This document shows positions 10,268-19,718 of a stretch of DNA of 64,000 nucleotides, piece after piece. Positions within the stretch are counted from its first letter, which is position 1, and each line of letters begins with the position of its first letter. Made by a program: the position numbers and the translations under genes. The notes below the pieces were generated by a model. The model was not told the origin of the DNA. It searched no databases and saw nothing but the letters and a program-made list of their open reading frames with translations. This stretch comes from Alphaproteobacteria bacterium. Lineage in GTDB: Bacteria > Pseudomonadota > Alphaproteobacteria > RF32 > CAG-239. Location of the stretch: the NCBI GenBank assembly GCA_015062345.1, contig SUUV01000001.1, positions 21,588 through 85,587 of the forward strand, read 5' to 3'.

Positions 10268-10321
10268 CCTTAAGCCCGACCTGACATACCAACAAAAAAA
10301 GCCCACCCGAAAGGGTGAGCT
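10268..10321. repeat. partial third copy of the tRNA-Leu-associated repeat; only the terminator module cccgacctgacataccaacaaaaaaagcccacccgaaagggtgagc is present
   Basis: A 46-nt exact match to the 3' end of both 210-bp repeat units at 12188-12233 and 12398-12443. The hairpin gcccaccc/gggtgagc with an upstream A-run acts as a terminator for the minus-strand lipoprotein operon. Confidence 0.7.
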
Positions 10322-10340
10322 TAAGATAAATTTAGAAAAG

Positions 10341-10757
10341 TCATTCAACTTCATGCGCTTCTAAAAATAAAGATTGTCCCAAAGCATTAAAGAAATTCTG
10401 ATATGGTATAGGATTATCCAAAGCTTTTAATCCAACTTGCCCATTAGCTCTTACAACAATTTGTTTATCATTAATAGCTCTTATTGAAACAGTTAATTTA
10501 GAAGCATGAATGTGACTAAATGATGTTCCGCTTATTGTGCCTAATTTTTCATCAGCTCTTTCAATTATAAAACCTAAATCTTGCATTGTAGAAATTACGG
10601 CCCTTAGCACTAATGATTTATCATTTGTATCAAATGACCGTGATTGATAATTTCGCATTTGTACTTGAGATTGAGATGTCCCTAAAACATCATTATGAGT
10701 TGATGCACAACCATTTAAAGCAATGATGATTATTAAAGATGATAAAATTTTTTTCAT
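10341..10757 (-). CDS. lipoprotein, paralog family A
   Basis: Lipobox LNGC in MKKILSSLIIIIALNGCAST. It shares LQDLGF...EKLG...SG and a C-terminal FF..L.QS.FL with the next gene. Confidence 0.6.
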   Translation of the reverse strand: MKKILSSLIIIIALNGCASTHNDVLGTSQSQVQMRNYQSRSFDTNDKSLVLRAVISTMQDLGFIIERADEKLGTISGTSFSHIHASKLTVSIRAINDKQIVVRANGQVGLKALDNPIPYQNFFNALGQSLFLEAHEVE

Positions 10758-10765
10758 TTTTACTC

Positions 10766-11284
10766 CTATATATTGTTAGCAGTTAAAAATACAGATTGGC
10801 TTAATTTATCAAAGAAATCTTTATAAATTTGTTCATCTTGTATTTTTTCTATTCTTGCTTGATTCATATTATTCCAAATAACGCGAGCAAATTCCACCCT
10901 TATGTTATAGCTCTGATTATCATGATTTTTTGTAGAAACGAGTGTTACATAAATTTTTTGTGAAACATCATAAACAGGTTGAGTACCAAATAAGACGGCT
11001 AAGAGAATTACACCTACTTTTTGTCCCGCAGAACCGGCCTCTCTATCTTTATTTGCTGTTATTAGTCCAAGTTTTGTTTCACTTTCATCTAAAGTAAAAC
11101 CTAAATCTTGTAAAACTTGAGCGGACGCAATCAATAATGTTTCTTCGTCATTAGTTTCATATCTTCTTGTTTCTAATTGTCTTCTAGCTAAATATTGCTC
11201 ATCTAATTTGTAATAGTGGTCATAAGAAACACATCCGGAAACAATAAAAGATATCATTGAAAATAAGATAAAAATCTTTTTCAT
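10766..11284 (-). CDS. lipoprotein, paralog family A
   Basis: Start moved to MKKIFILFSMISFIVSGC (AAGGAG RBS). It is a paralog of 10341-10757. Confidence 0.6.
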   Translation of the reverse strand: MKKIFILFSMISFIVSGCVSYDHYYKLDEQYLARRQLETRRYETNDEETLLIASAQVLQDLGFTLDESETKLGLITANKDREAGSAGQKVGVILLAVLFGTQPVYDVSQKIYVTLVSTKNHDNQSYNIRVEFARVIWNNMNQARIEKIQDEQIYKDFFDKLSQSVFLTANNI

Positions 11285-11294
11285 ATCACACTCC

Positions 11295-11690
11295 TTAGAA
11301 AGTAGATGTTCTGTAAGCAAAATCTCGAACTAAACCATTTTTATCGAATTTAACAATTATAGTCAGAGTTCTCTGGTTAGAAGATGCCTTAAAATCATGA
11401 CTTCCTGCTGCAAATAAAAGTAACCATACGCCGCTTTGAGAGGATGAAGATTGAACATTGGTAGAAACTTTGTCATAAACCCAAGTTTCTCTATGTTCTG
11501 TATCTGTTGTAACCATATTAGGAGAGCCTAAAACTTCAACAACAGCAGAAGATGGCATACCTATCTTAATTTCGGTTTGAGCCTTTGCAACTGTCATTTT
11601 TTCTTCATTTAAGCTATAATCAGTTGTTGAGCAAGAAGATAAAAATGGTATTGTTACAATAGCTAAAGTTAATAGAATATTTTTTTTCAT
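11295..11690 (-). CDS. lipoprotein
   Basis: Start moved to MKKNILLTLAIVTIPFLSSC (lipobox LSSC, GAGGT RBS). It is the first gene of a three-gene lipoprotein operon. Confidence 0.55.
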   Translation of the reverse strand: MKKNILLTLAIVTIPFLSSCSTTDYSLNEEKMTVAKAQTEIKIGMPSSAVVEVLGSPNMVTTDTEHRETWVYDKVSTNVQSSSSQSGVWLLLFAAGSHDFKASSNQRTLTIIVKFDKNGLVRDFAYRTSTF

Positions 11691-11711
11691 AAGTACCTCG
11701 CAATAACTAAG

Positions 11712-11811
11712 TTGTCGCTTTGATGAAAAGCGACTGGAAGTTGAGAACAATACCACTAGTTATTGTGCGATATATTGACTTTGAAAGTTTATTTTATCGC
11801 CTTCCAGTCAT
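11712..11811 (-). repeat. copy 2 of the inverted-repeat-bounded structured element, in minus orientation
   Basis: Its reverse complement, tgactggaaggcgataaaataa...cttccagtcgcttttcatcaaagcgac, aligns with 7259-7362. It is followed (in gene sense) by a perfect 8-bp hairpin gtcgcttt/aaagcgac and lies 22 nt upstream of the lipoprotein ATG. Confidence 0.6.
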
Positions 11812-12020
11812 AAAACCGGTAGGCGAAAATATCGTCTTTTCGCATAGACGCTAGTGGATATTAGGTTCTCACACCTAAATCAGGCCATCAATCCTGACAC
11901 TCACATAATATATAGTTTATGGAAAGAAATCAAGAATTTTTATTTTATTCATATGGTATTGTTGTTAATAATGCTTTTAACTTGTTGGCGTTGATATAAT
12001 TACTTTTGAAATAAATAATT

Positions 12021-12446
12021 TTATTGGTGCGCTATGTTTGAAAAAAAAGTATTTTTTTCAAGGCCGGAATGGCTTCGCAATATTATTGCTTCGCCGACCT
12101 TGTTCGCTCGGGCATTCCGCCCGACCGGCGTATATATCCGCCTGCGAACTGCGGTTCAAACCGGCACCGTGCCGCTTCTCACCCGACCTGACATACCAAC
12201 AAAAAAAGCCCACCCGAAAGGGTGAGCTTTTTTTATTGGTGCGCTATATTTGAAAAAAAGTATTTTTTCAAGGCCGGAATGGCTTCGCAATATTATTGCT
12301 TCGCCGACCTTGTTCGCTCGGGCATTCTGCCCGACCGGCGTATATATCCGCCTGCGAACTGCGGTTCAAACCGGCACCGTGCCGCTTCTCACCCGACCTA
12401 ACATACCAACAAAAAAAGCCCACCCGAAAGGGTGAGCTTTTTTTAT
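12021..12446. repeat. two tandem 210-212-bp GC-rich repeat units, each starting with a copy of the tRNA-Leu 3' end (ttattggtgcgcta) and ending with the tRNA terminator hairpin
   Basis: 12021-12232 and 12233-12442 are nearly identical, differing by a few SNPs and one A. They are about 55-60% GC against a background of about 33%. The 61-71-aa ORFs inside them are almost certainly spurious. Confidence 0.85.
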
Positions 12447-12533
12447 TGGTGCGCTAGGCCGGAATCGAACCGGCACGGGATTGCTCCCAACAGATTTTAA
12501 GTCTGCAGCGTCTACCTGTTCCGCCACAAGCGC
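12447..12533 (-). tRNA. tRNA-Leu (anticodon UAA), encoded CCA
   Basis: The reverse complement folds as a cloverleaf. The acceptor stem GCGCTTG/CTAGCGC has one mismatch. The anticodon stem is GCAGA/TCTGT with loop CUUAAAA, giving anticodon UAA. There is a long variable arm GGGAGCAATCCC. The T-arm is GCCGG-TTCGATT-CCGGC, and the 3' end is ACCA. Confidence 0.8.
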
Positions 12534-12649
12534 ATATCAATCTTAAACACCCTTATAAACATATTTTTTTTAAAATGCAACACTTATTTTGTGAAAAATT
12601 TAATATATTTATTATATCGTTTTATGAGCACTTATTTGGAGATGAAAAT

Positions 12650-13171
12650 ATGACCGTGTTTCAAGATAAAATTCGCATTGTTCCCGATTTTCCCAAAAAA
12701 GGAATTGAGTTTTACGATATAACAACCCTTATAAAAGATAAACAAGCTTTTGCCGAAGTTATAGATTTGTTGTATGAAAAATTTAAAAACTATAATTTAG
12801 ATTATGTTGTTGCCATTGAATCCAGAGGATATCTGTTTGGCGCTCCTCTTGCCTACAAACTTGGATGCGGACTTGTTATCATCAGAAAACCAAACAAACT
12901 TCCCGCTAAAACAGAACGCATTGAGTATGGTTTAGAATACGGAAAAGATATTTTGGAAATTCATACCGATTCGATTGAGGCCGGCAAAAAAGTTTTAATT
13001 ATTGATGATTTACTTGCCACCGGAGGTACAATCAAAGCAGCCTGCTCATTGGTTGAAAAACTTCAAGGACATATAAAAGCTCTGGCTTTTGTAGTTGAGC
13101 TTAAAAAATTAAACGGCAGAAAACACCTACCGCAAAATTTACCAATTGTTTCATTGTTGCAAGCAGATTGA
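12650..13171 (+). CDS. apt: adenine phosphoribosyltransferase
   Basis: PRPP-binding motif VLIIDDLLATGGT with Apt-like size and sequence. The start was moved to MTVFQDKIRIVPDFPKKGI, which has a GGAG RBS. Confidence 0.85.
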   Translation: MTVFQDKIRIVPDFPKKGIEFYDITTLIKDKQAFAEVIDLLYEKFKNYNLDYVVAIESRGYLFGAPLAYKLGCGLVIIRKPNKLPAKTERIEYGLEYGKDILEIHTDSIEAGKKVLIIDDLLATGGTIKAACSLVEKLQGHIKALAFVVELKKLNGRKHLPQNLPIVSLLQAD

Positions 13172-14200
13172 TTATTTTCTTAACCTTTTTGAAGCTGCAC
13201 ATATTTGCATAATGGTATAGCTCAAAATTTGTTGTGCCGGAAAATTTGTGGTTTTACAATCTTTTTCACACTGATACAACAAATCAAGCACATCTAAAAC
13301 CGATTTTTTGTTCCAGATACTAATCTGCAACCTTAAATCATCTTTTCTGAAAAACATTACCGGTGGCCTTATCGCAGATATAATTTCATCTGCCCTTTTG
13401 TTTTTTTCATAAGTTGCGACATATCCCAACAAATTTAAAAAATGATTACTTATGCTTCTGGCAATGGTAACAATCTCAATGCCTTCATTGAAAAGTTCTT
13501 TATATGCATCTATGGCCTTTTCGGTATATCCGCAACCGACATAATAACACAAATCTTCCAGCGATGAACTTGATGTATCACTTATGGCGGTTTTTACATC
13601 ATCAATTTCAATATTGCGTTTTGTACCCAAATATGTAATGAGCTTATCCATCTCACCCAAATTTGCTTTTTTATCATTTGAAAGACGAGCGCATAACAAC
13701 CCAAAAGCCGCATCTGAAATGGTAATTTGGCTTTTAATTAAATATTCTCTCACAAATGAGCTTATATCTTTTTCTCTGTCATCATAACAACTTACAAGCG
13801 CAAAATCGGCTCGGTCTTTTCCCAAGTTTACCAAAGATGATTTTGTGTTTAATGTTGAAGAAGTTAAAATCAGCAACGCATCAGATTTTGTATCTGCAAC
13901 AAGTTCTTTTATATGCTTGGTTAAGTTGTCGTTTACATCTTTTACAATAACAACCCTTCTTCCGCCCAACAATGATTGCGCATTATATTCGCCAAACAAA
14001 ATACCGATATCTTTGCTTAGCGTTTCCATATTTAAACTGACAACTCTGAAAGCATCAGTCAAATCAGGGCACACCGTTTTTGCAAATTGCGTGCAATATT
14101 CGGCAATTTTTCCCTCGTTAGAGCCATAAATTACTACGCATTTTATCCTCAAATCAGGATTTTTAACATATTTTGCAACATCAGGGTCTTTAAAATTCAT
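13172..14200 (-). CDS. holA: DNA polymerase III delta subunit
   Basis: 342 aa. Its position downstream of lptE and leuS is the conserved proteobacterial leuS-lptE-holA synteny. It has a delta-like N-terminus (VVIYGSNEG...). Confidence 0.7.
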   Translation of the reverse strand: MNFKDPDVAKYVKNPDLRIKCVVIYGSNEGKIAEYCTQFAKTVCPDLTDAFRVVSLNMETLSKDIGILFGEYNAQSLLGGRRVVIVKDVNDNLTKHIKELVADTKSDALLILTSSTLNTKSSLVNLGKDRADFALVSCYDDREKDISSFVREYLIKSQITISDAAFGLLCARLSNDKKANLGEMDKLITYLGTKRNIEIDDVKTAISDTSSSSLEDLCYYVGCGYTEKAIDAYKELFNEGIEIVTIARSISNHFLNLLGYVATYEKNKRADEIISAIRPPVMFFRKDDLRLQISIWNKKSVLDVLDLLYQCEKDCKTTNFPAQQILSYTIMQICAASKRLRK

Positions 14201-14759
14201 TTGGGTTTCCGCGCTTGGTTAAACTTGAATGAAAATATGCTCCCATACGAAGCGAAATGTCATTGGCCAAAATTTTTGCCGCATCTTTTTCAATTTTTTT
14301 CTGCGCATAAGTTGTGGAATACGGATTGGCCATAATGTCATAACCTAAATAAGCAATTGAATTTCCGGCTACCAATTCTTCATTATTGTCGGCATCATAC
14401 AAACGATATTGCACCATATAACGCACTCTTTCTCTGGTTGCGGTAATGTCATCACGCATAGCTTGTTCGGTAACATCTTTTTTAATGTTAAACACCTCTA
14501 AACGATATTTAGGAGTGGCCGGAACACCCTTAGGAGTCAAATTATCCAATAAATCGTTACGAATAAGTTGTCCCAATCTGTCGGCAATCGGCTCTATTTT
14601 AATTTGTGCAATTTCATCTGAAATTGAAGTATCAAATTCACCCTTATAATACCATTTTTCATCGGACTTGCGTTCAACATATAACGGTTCAAAGCCACAG
14701 CCTGCCATCGTTAATAACAGCATGCAAAAAACACTTATTTTTTTAATTTTATGCAACAA
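14190..14759 (-). CDS. lptE: LPS-assembly lipoprotein LptE
   Basis: Lipobox in LLLTMAGCGFEPLY, a size of 189 aa, and a position between leuS and holA. Confidence 0.65.
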   Translation of the reverse strand: MLHKIKKISVFCMLLLTMAGCGFEPLYVERKSDEKWYYKGEFDTSISDEIAQIKIEPIADRLGQLIRNDLLDNLTPKGVPATPKYRLEVFNIKKDVTEQAMRDDITATRERVRYMVQYRLYDADNNEELVAGNSIAYLGYDIMANPYSTTYAQKKIEKDAAKILANDISLRMGAYFHSSLTKRGNPNEF

Positions 14760-17205
14760 TGTTCACAATCCTATTTTTAACAACTATGATTTTTTTAATT
14801 TCTTTGCCCTGAATTTGACGAGCAACATTTTCCAATGCCAAAGCTTTGGCTTTTACATCATCGTCAGAGCTGTCTTTTTGTACTTCAATTGTACCGCGCA
14901 TTTTACCGCAAAGCTGAACAGCAACAGTAACCATGTCGTCTTGAGCAAGTGCTTTGTCACCAACCGGCCAAGTTTCTTTAACAATCAATGTGTCATGACC
15001 TAATCTTGCCCACATTTCTTCTGCAATGTGAGGAACAAACGGGCTTAAAAGTTTTAACAATGTTTCGTATAAAACTGTCGGAATTTTATCCATTGATGAC
15101 ATATAGTTTACATATGTCATCAATGAAGAAACCGCAGTGTTAAATTTCATCTGGTCAATGCGTTCGGTAACTTCAAGTATGCATTTGTGCATCGCTCTTA
15201 AATCTTTTGTATCAGCCTCAATGTTATAAACTTTTTTGAACAGATTGAAAATTTTTCCGATAAAACGATATACACCCATCAAACTGTCTTCAGACCACAT
15301 GGCAACCTGATCAAACGGACCTATAAACATCTCATACAAACGAAATGTATCAGCGCCGTAATTGTTAACAATGTCGTCAGGGTTTATAACATTACCGCGA
15401 GATTTTGACATTTTTTCACCGTTTTCAGCCAAAATCATACCATGTGATGTGCGTTTATTGTACGGCTCTTTTGTCGGCACATATCCGCAATCGTACAAAA
15501 ACTTATGCCAGAAACGAGAATATAACAAGTGCAATGTGGTGTGTTCCATACCGCCATTGTACCAATCGACATTCATCCAATAATCCAAAGCTTCTTTGGA
15601 GGCAAACTCTTTGTCGTTGTGAGGGTCGCAATAGCGCAAGAAATACCAAGAAGAACCGGCCCAGTTGGGCATAACATCAGTTTCTCTTTTAGCTTTCTTA
15701 CCACATTTTGGGCAAGTGGTATTTACCCAATCTAAAGCTTTTGACAACGGCGATTCGCCTTCATCATTGGGCAAATAATCGGTCACTTCGGGCAATGTTA
15801 ACGGCAAATCTTCTTCTTTTAGAGGTTGCCAACCGCAATGCTCGCAATATACCATCGGAATGGGCTCACCCCAATAGCGCTGACGAGAAAATACCCAATC
15901 TCGCAATTTGAAGTTGATTTTGGCTTGTCCGAACCCGTTTTTGAGAGCATATTCAATTGCAGCTTTCATACCGTCTTCTTTATTTAATCCGTCCAAGAAA
16001 CCCGAATTTATGTGTAAACCGTCTTCTTCAAAAGCTTTTTGGGATATATCTCCGCCTTGTAAAACCTGAATAATCGGCAAATTAAAAGCTTTGGCAAAAT
16101 CATAATCTCGTTGGTCGTGGGCAGGAACAGCCATAATTGCACCTGTTCCGTATCCGGTTAAAACATAATCGGAAATAAACACCGGAATCATTTTTCCATT
16201 AAACGGATTTTTAGCTTTTATACCTTTTAATTCAACACCGGTTTTAGAATCATCGGCCGTGCGCTGAAGTTCCGATTTTTTGGCGGTGTCTTCAACATAT
16301 TTCTTAATTTCTTCGGGATTTTCAAATTTATCCATATATTTTTGCACAAACTCGTGCTCCGGAGCCATAACCATATATGTCACACCAAAAGCCGTATCCG
16401 GACGAGTGGTAAACACTTTGAGTTTGTCGTCGCCAAACTCAAAATCAAGCTCAGCACCTTCGGAGCGACCAATCCAATTTGTTTGTTGCGATTTTACTCT
16501 GTCAATAAAGTCAAGACCTTCTAAATCATCAATCAGTCTATCGGCATATTTGGTAATGGCAATTATCCATTGTTCTTTATCTTTTCTGACAACCTCGGCT
16601 CCGCATCTTTCACAACAACCGTTAACCACTTCTTCATTAGCCAAACCAACTTTGCAGGCCGGACACCAGTTAATGGCCATTTTATCCTTATAAGCCAAGC
16701 CTTTTTTATAAAGCTGAATGAACATCCATTGTGTCCATTTGTAATATTCGGGAGACGATGTATCAATACATCTGTCCCAGTCAAAACCAAGACCTATTGA
16801 TTTTAACTGACGAGTAAAGTTTTCAATGTTGGCTTTGGTGGAAACAGCCGGATGAACACCGGTTTTAATGGCATAGTTTTCAGCCGGCAAACCAAAAGCA
16901 TCAAAGCCCATCGGATATAACACATTATATCCTTGCATGCGTTTTTTTCGGGCAATGGTATCAAGGGCAACATACGAACGAGGGTGTCCCACATGCAATC
17001 CGGCGCCGGAAGGGAAAGGAAACTCAACCAAAGCATAAAACTTTTCTTTGGTTTTATCTTCAGTTACCTTGTAAGCTTTTTCATCTTCCCAAATTTTTTG
17101 CCATTTATTTTCAATGGTCTTAAAGTTATATCTGTCTTCTGTTTTCCACTGTTCTTGCCACTGTTCAAAAGTTTGTTTACCGTTATAGCGCGGATTACCG
17201 TTCAT
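14749..17205 (-). CDS. leuS: leucyl-tRNA synthetase
   Basis: 818 aa with a class I HIGH motif (HVGHPRSY) and KMSKS, plus a LeuS-specific editing-domain and C-terminal architecture. Confidence 0.95.
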   Translation of the reverse strand: MNGNPRYNGKQTFEQWQEQWKTEDRYNFKTIENKWQKIWEDEKAYKVTEDKTKEKFYALVEFPFPSGAGLHVGHPRSYVALDTIARKKRMQGYNVLYPMGFDAFGLPAENYAIKTGVHPAVSTKANIENFTRQLKSIGLGFDWDRCIDTSSPEYYKWTQWMFIQLYKKGLAYKDKMAINWCPACKVGLANEEVVNGCCERCGAEVVRKDKEQWIIAITKYADRLIDDLEGLDFIDRVKSQQTNWIGRSEGAELDFEFGDDKLKVFTTRPDTAFGVTYMVMAPEHEFVQKYMDKFENPEEIKKYVEDTAKKSELQRTADDSKTGVELKGIKAKNPFNGKMIPVFISDYVLTGYGTGAIMAVPAHDQRDYDFAKAFNLPIIQVLQGGDISQKAFEEDGLHINSGFLDGLNKEDGMKAAIEYALKNGFGQAKINFKLRDWVFSRQRYWGEPIPMVYCEHCGWQPLKEEDLPLTLPEVTDYLPNDEGESPLSKALDWVNTTCPKCGKKAKRETDVMPNWAGSSWYFLRYCDPHNDKEFASKEALDYWMNVDWYNGGMEHTTLHLLYSRFWHKFLYDCGYVPTKEPYNKRTSHGMILAENGEKMSKSRGNVINPDDIVNNYGADTFRLYEMFIGPFDQVAMWSEDSLMGVYRFIGKIFNLFKKVYNIEADTKDLRAMHKCILEVTERIDQMKFNTAVSSLMTYVNYMSSMDKIPTVLYETLLKLLSPFVPHIAEEMWARLGHDTLIVKETWPVGDKALAQDDMVTVAVQLCGKMRGTIEVQKDSSDDDVKAKALALENVARQIQGKEIKKIIVVKNRIVNIVA

Positions 17206-17362
17206 TTTTATATCTCCATATTTAAATTTATTTGCTATAAATTACCACAAAAGTTAAAAAATACAAGTTCAATCTACATTGTTTTGCACCACATAGATGC
17301 ACAAATTTTGCTTGCAAAACAAAATCTATATGCTTAAAATCTTAAAAAAGAAAGGAAAGCTG

Positions 17363-18637
17363 ATGTCACAACGATTGCAATGTGTTGAAATTTTGGAAAC
17401 TGTTTTGAATAAAAAAGTTTTTTATTCTGCTTTAAAAGACAAAATAAGCCCTGAAAACTTGGCTTTTTGCAACAAGTTAATTTTGTTAACTTTGCGCAAT
17501 TTGTGTGCGGTTGAAAAAATTATCAAACAGTTTGTTACAAAAAAAATACCTCAGAAAAATATGTTTATAAAATATGTTTTGTTGGCCTCGGTTACCGAAA
17601 TTTTGTTTCTTAAAACACCTGATTATGCGGTGATTAACGAATATGTTAATATTGCCAAACAAAAAACCGATAAATTTGCCGCCAATATGGTAAATGCCGT
17701 ATTGCGCAAAATTTGTGCCGATAAACAAAGTTTTGACATTAATCCCTCTTTACCGCCGGATTTTTATAAAATCCTAAAAAATGATTATAGTATTGCCGCA
17801 ATTAAAAAAATTGCAAAAACTCTGACAATTGAAGCTCCGCTTGATTTAAGCATAAAAGAAAATCATCAGTTTTGGGCGCAAGAGCTTAACGGCACATTGT
17901 TTGCCAATGGTACAATAAGGTTGTTTGATGCAAAATCCAAAATAAATTTGTTAAAAGGTTTTAATCAAGGCACATGGTGGGTGCAAGATTTGGCATCTTC
18001 GTTACCCATCTTGCTTTTAGGTGATGTTAAAGACAAAAAAGTGCTTGATTTATGTGCCGCTCCGGGCGGAAAAACGGCACAACTTTTAGCCAACGGCGCC
18101 AAAGTTACCGCCGTTGATATTGATTTTATGCGTATGGAACGGTTAAAGCAAAATATTAACCGATTGGGTTTGTCCGAAAATCTCAAAACTACGGTTTGCG
18201 ACGGCAATGAATTTTTGCAAAACAACAAAAATGAGTTTGATATCATTGTGTTAGATGCACCATGTTCGGCCACCGGCACTTTTAGAAAGCACCCCGAAGT
18301 TATGCATTTAAAAAATTTAGAAGATGTAAAAAAACAAGTCAAAATACAAACTCAGATGTTAAAAGATGCCGTTGATGCCGTTAAAATCGGCGGATTGATA
18401 TTATATTGCACTTGTTCAATCAGCAAAAGCGAGGGCGAAAAAATTATACAATCTGCTCTTGAAAATGTTAATCTTGAACTTGTCAAAGCCAAAATTGATG
18501 ACTTAAATCTGCTTGACGGAAAAAAATTGCCTAAAGACATAATTGATAACGGTGTTTTAAGAACTTTACCTTATTATGAAGAAAATCTTGGCGGAATGGA
18601 CGCCTTTTTTGCGGCCGTTTTGAAAAAAATAAATTAG
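17363..18637 (+). CDS. rsmB: 16S rRNA m5C methyltransferase RsmB/Sun family
   Basis: NusB-like N-terminal domain plus a SAM methyltransferase domain (LDLCAAPGGKT, DAPCSATGTFRKHPE, catalytic Cys in CTCS). The start was set at MSQRLQC, which has an AGGAAAG RBS. Confidence 0.8.
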   Translation: MSQRLQCVEILETVLNKKVFYSALKDKISPENLAFCNKLILLTLRNLCAVEKIIKQFVTKKIPQKNMFIKYVLLASVTEILFLKTPDYAVINEYVNIAKQKTDKFAANMVNAVLRKICADKQSFDINPSLPPDFYKILKNDYSIAAIKKIAKTLTIEAPLDLSIKENHQFWAQELNGTLFANGTIRLFDAKSKINLLKGFNQGTWWVQDLASSLPILLLGDVKDKKVLDLCAAPGGKTAQLLANGAKVTAVDIDFMRMERLKQNINRLGLSENLKTTVCDGNEFLQNNKNEFDIIVLDAPCSATGTFRKHPEVMHLKNLEDVKKQVKIQTQMLKDAVDAVKIGGLILYCTCSISKSEGEKIIQSALENVNLELVKAKIDDLNLLDGKKLPKDIIDNGVLRTLPYYEENLGGMDAFFAAVLKKIN

Positions 18638-18648
18638 CGGAGAAAATT

Positions 18649-19716
18649 ATGGCACTTAATTTGTTATATCTTATCGGTTTGCTGGCAGTAGGATTTTTGT
18701 TTTCAACACCCTTGTTTGTTTATGCAAATAAGCCCGCAGGTTATGAATACGATATCAAAAAAGATGTATGGATTTATATGTGGGGGCTTACATTTGCCGG
18801 AGTTTGTTTGTTAAGCCATTTTATGCCCGATTTTAACGATACGATAATTTCCTTAAAAGCAAAAAGCATCATAATTCCGTTTGCTTTATCGGCACTTATT
18901 TATGTGGTTTTTTTGCTCGAAACAGATTGGCTTTTATATCTTAGCATTGGAGTTTCATCGGCCGTTATGTCATATATTATTCCCGAAGATGCTGTTTTAT
19001 TTAACAATCTGCCGATATATGCCGAAAAGATAATTGTTTTTCTTTTTATATTTTGGGTTACATTTTTTGCTAAAATATTAAACGGAATGTCAGCCGTATT
19101 TGCCATTTTTGTTTTAACGATTTTAGGCGGTGTATGTCTGATATCTTTCATCGGCGGGTTACCGCTCGGTTTCGGACTAATATGCGGTTACATTGCAGGC
19201 CTGTGGCTTGGCTTTTTAAGATACAATTGGTATCCGAGTGAAATTTACCTAAATGACGGAGCTTGCACAAGTGCCGGTTTTTTAATTGCATGTTTGTTTT
19301 TATATTGTTCATTTGAATATGCAACCGGCTCAATGCTGATACTTTTAGCCTATTTGTTTACCGAAATTTTGTGGGTGACAATAAGAGAATATATTTTGCG
19401 CATAAAAGAGCCGGATTTTTATATCAACACATCATATTATGTGAATTATACCAAAGACATAAGTATCCACGCAATTTTAATGGCATTGGTTAAAATCGGA
19501 ATGATAAATGTTATTTTCGCCGGATTTCAAGTATATGCGCCCAATATGTTCTCACTGCCTTTGTTTGCCCTAATTGCTGATTTATGGTTGATAAATATGC
19601 TTTTCCACGCATCGGAAGAAAAGCTCAGTTTCAAACAGACCAATCAGGCGGTTATAAATGAGGTGAAAAACAACTTAAAGACCATTAAAGACACCATAAA
19701 AAGCGGGAAAAAATAA
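18649..19716 (+). CDS. polytopic inner-membrane protein of unknown function
   Basis: 355 aa with about 10 predicted TM helices and a GGAG RBS. It is weakly reminiscent of the MraY/WecA-type or O-antigen-polymerase-type membrane proteins. Its stop lies two bases before the start of the downstream gene at 19719. Confidence 0.45.
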   Translation: MALNLLYLIGLLAVGFLFSTPLFVYANKPAGYEYDIKKDVWIYMWGLTFAGVCLLSHFMPDFNDTIISLKAKSIIIPFALSALIYVVFLLETDWLLYLSIGVSSAVMSYIIPEDAVLFNNLPIYAEKIIVFLFIFWVTFFAKILNGMSAVFAIFVLTILGGVCLISFIGGLPLGFGLICGYIAGLWLGFLRYNWYPSEIYLNDGACTSAGFLIACLFLYCSFEYATGSMLILLAYLFTEILWVTIREYILRIKEPDFYINTSYYVNYTKDISIHAILMALVKIGMINVIFAGFQVYAPNMFSLPLFALIADLWLINMLFHASEEKLSFKQTNQAVINEVKNNLKTIKDTIKSGKK

Positions 19717-19718
19717 AT

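Noticed and set aside
12034-12435. Three 61-71-aa ORFs (12034-12225, 12038-12253, 12250-12435) inside the tandem repeats
   Set aside because: They are exact duplicates created by the repeat. They are GC-rich and non-coding-like in composition, and they carry tRNA-like fragments and a terminator. There is no RBS, and the two frames overlap. They were called as a repeat, not as CDS.
12021-12446. Considered whether the tandem repeats could be a CRISPR array
   Set aside because: The unit is about 210 bp with no unique spacers between repeats. The copies are contiguous and near-identical, and there are no cas genes.
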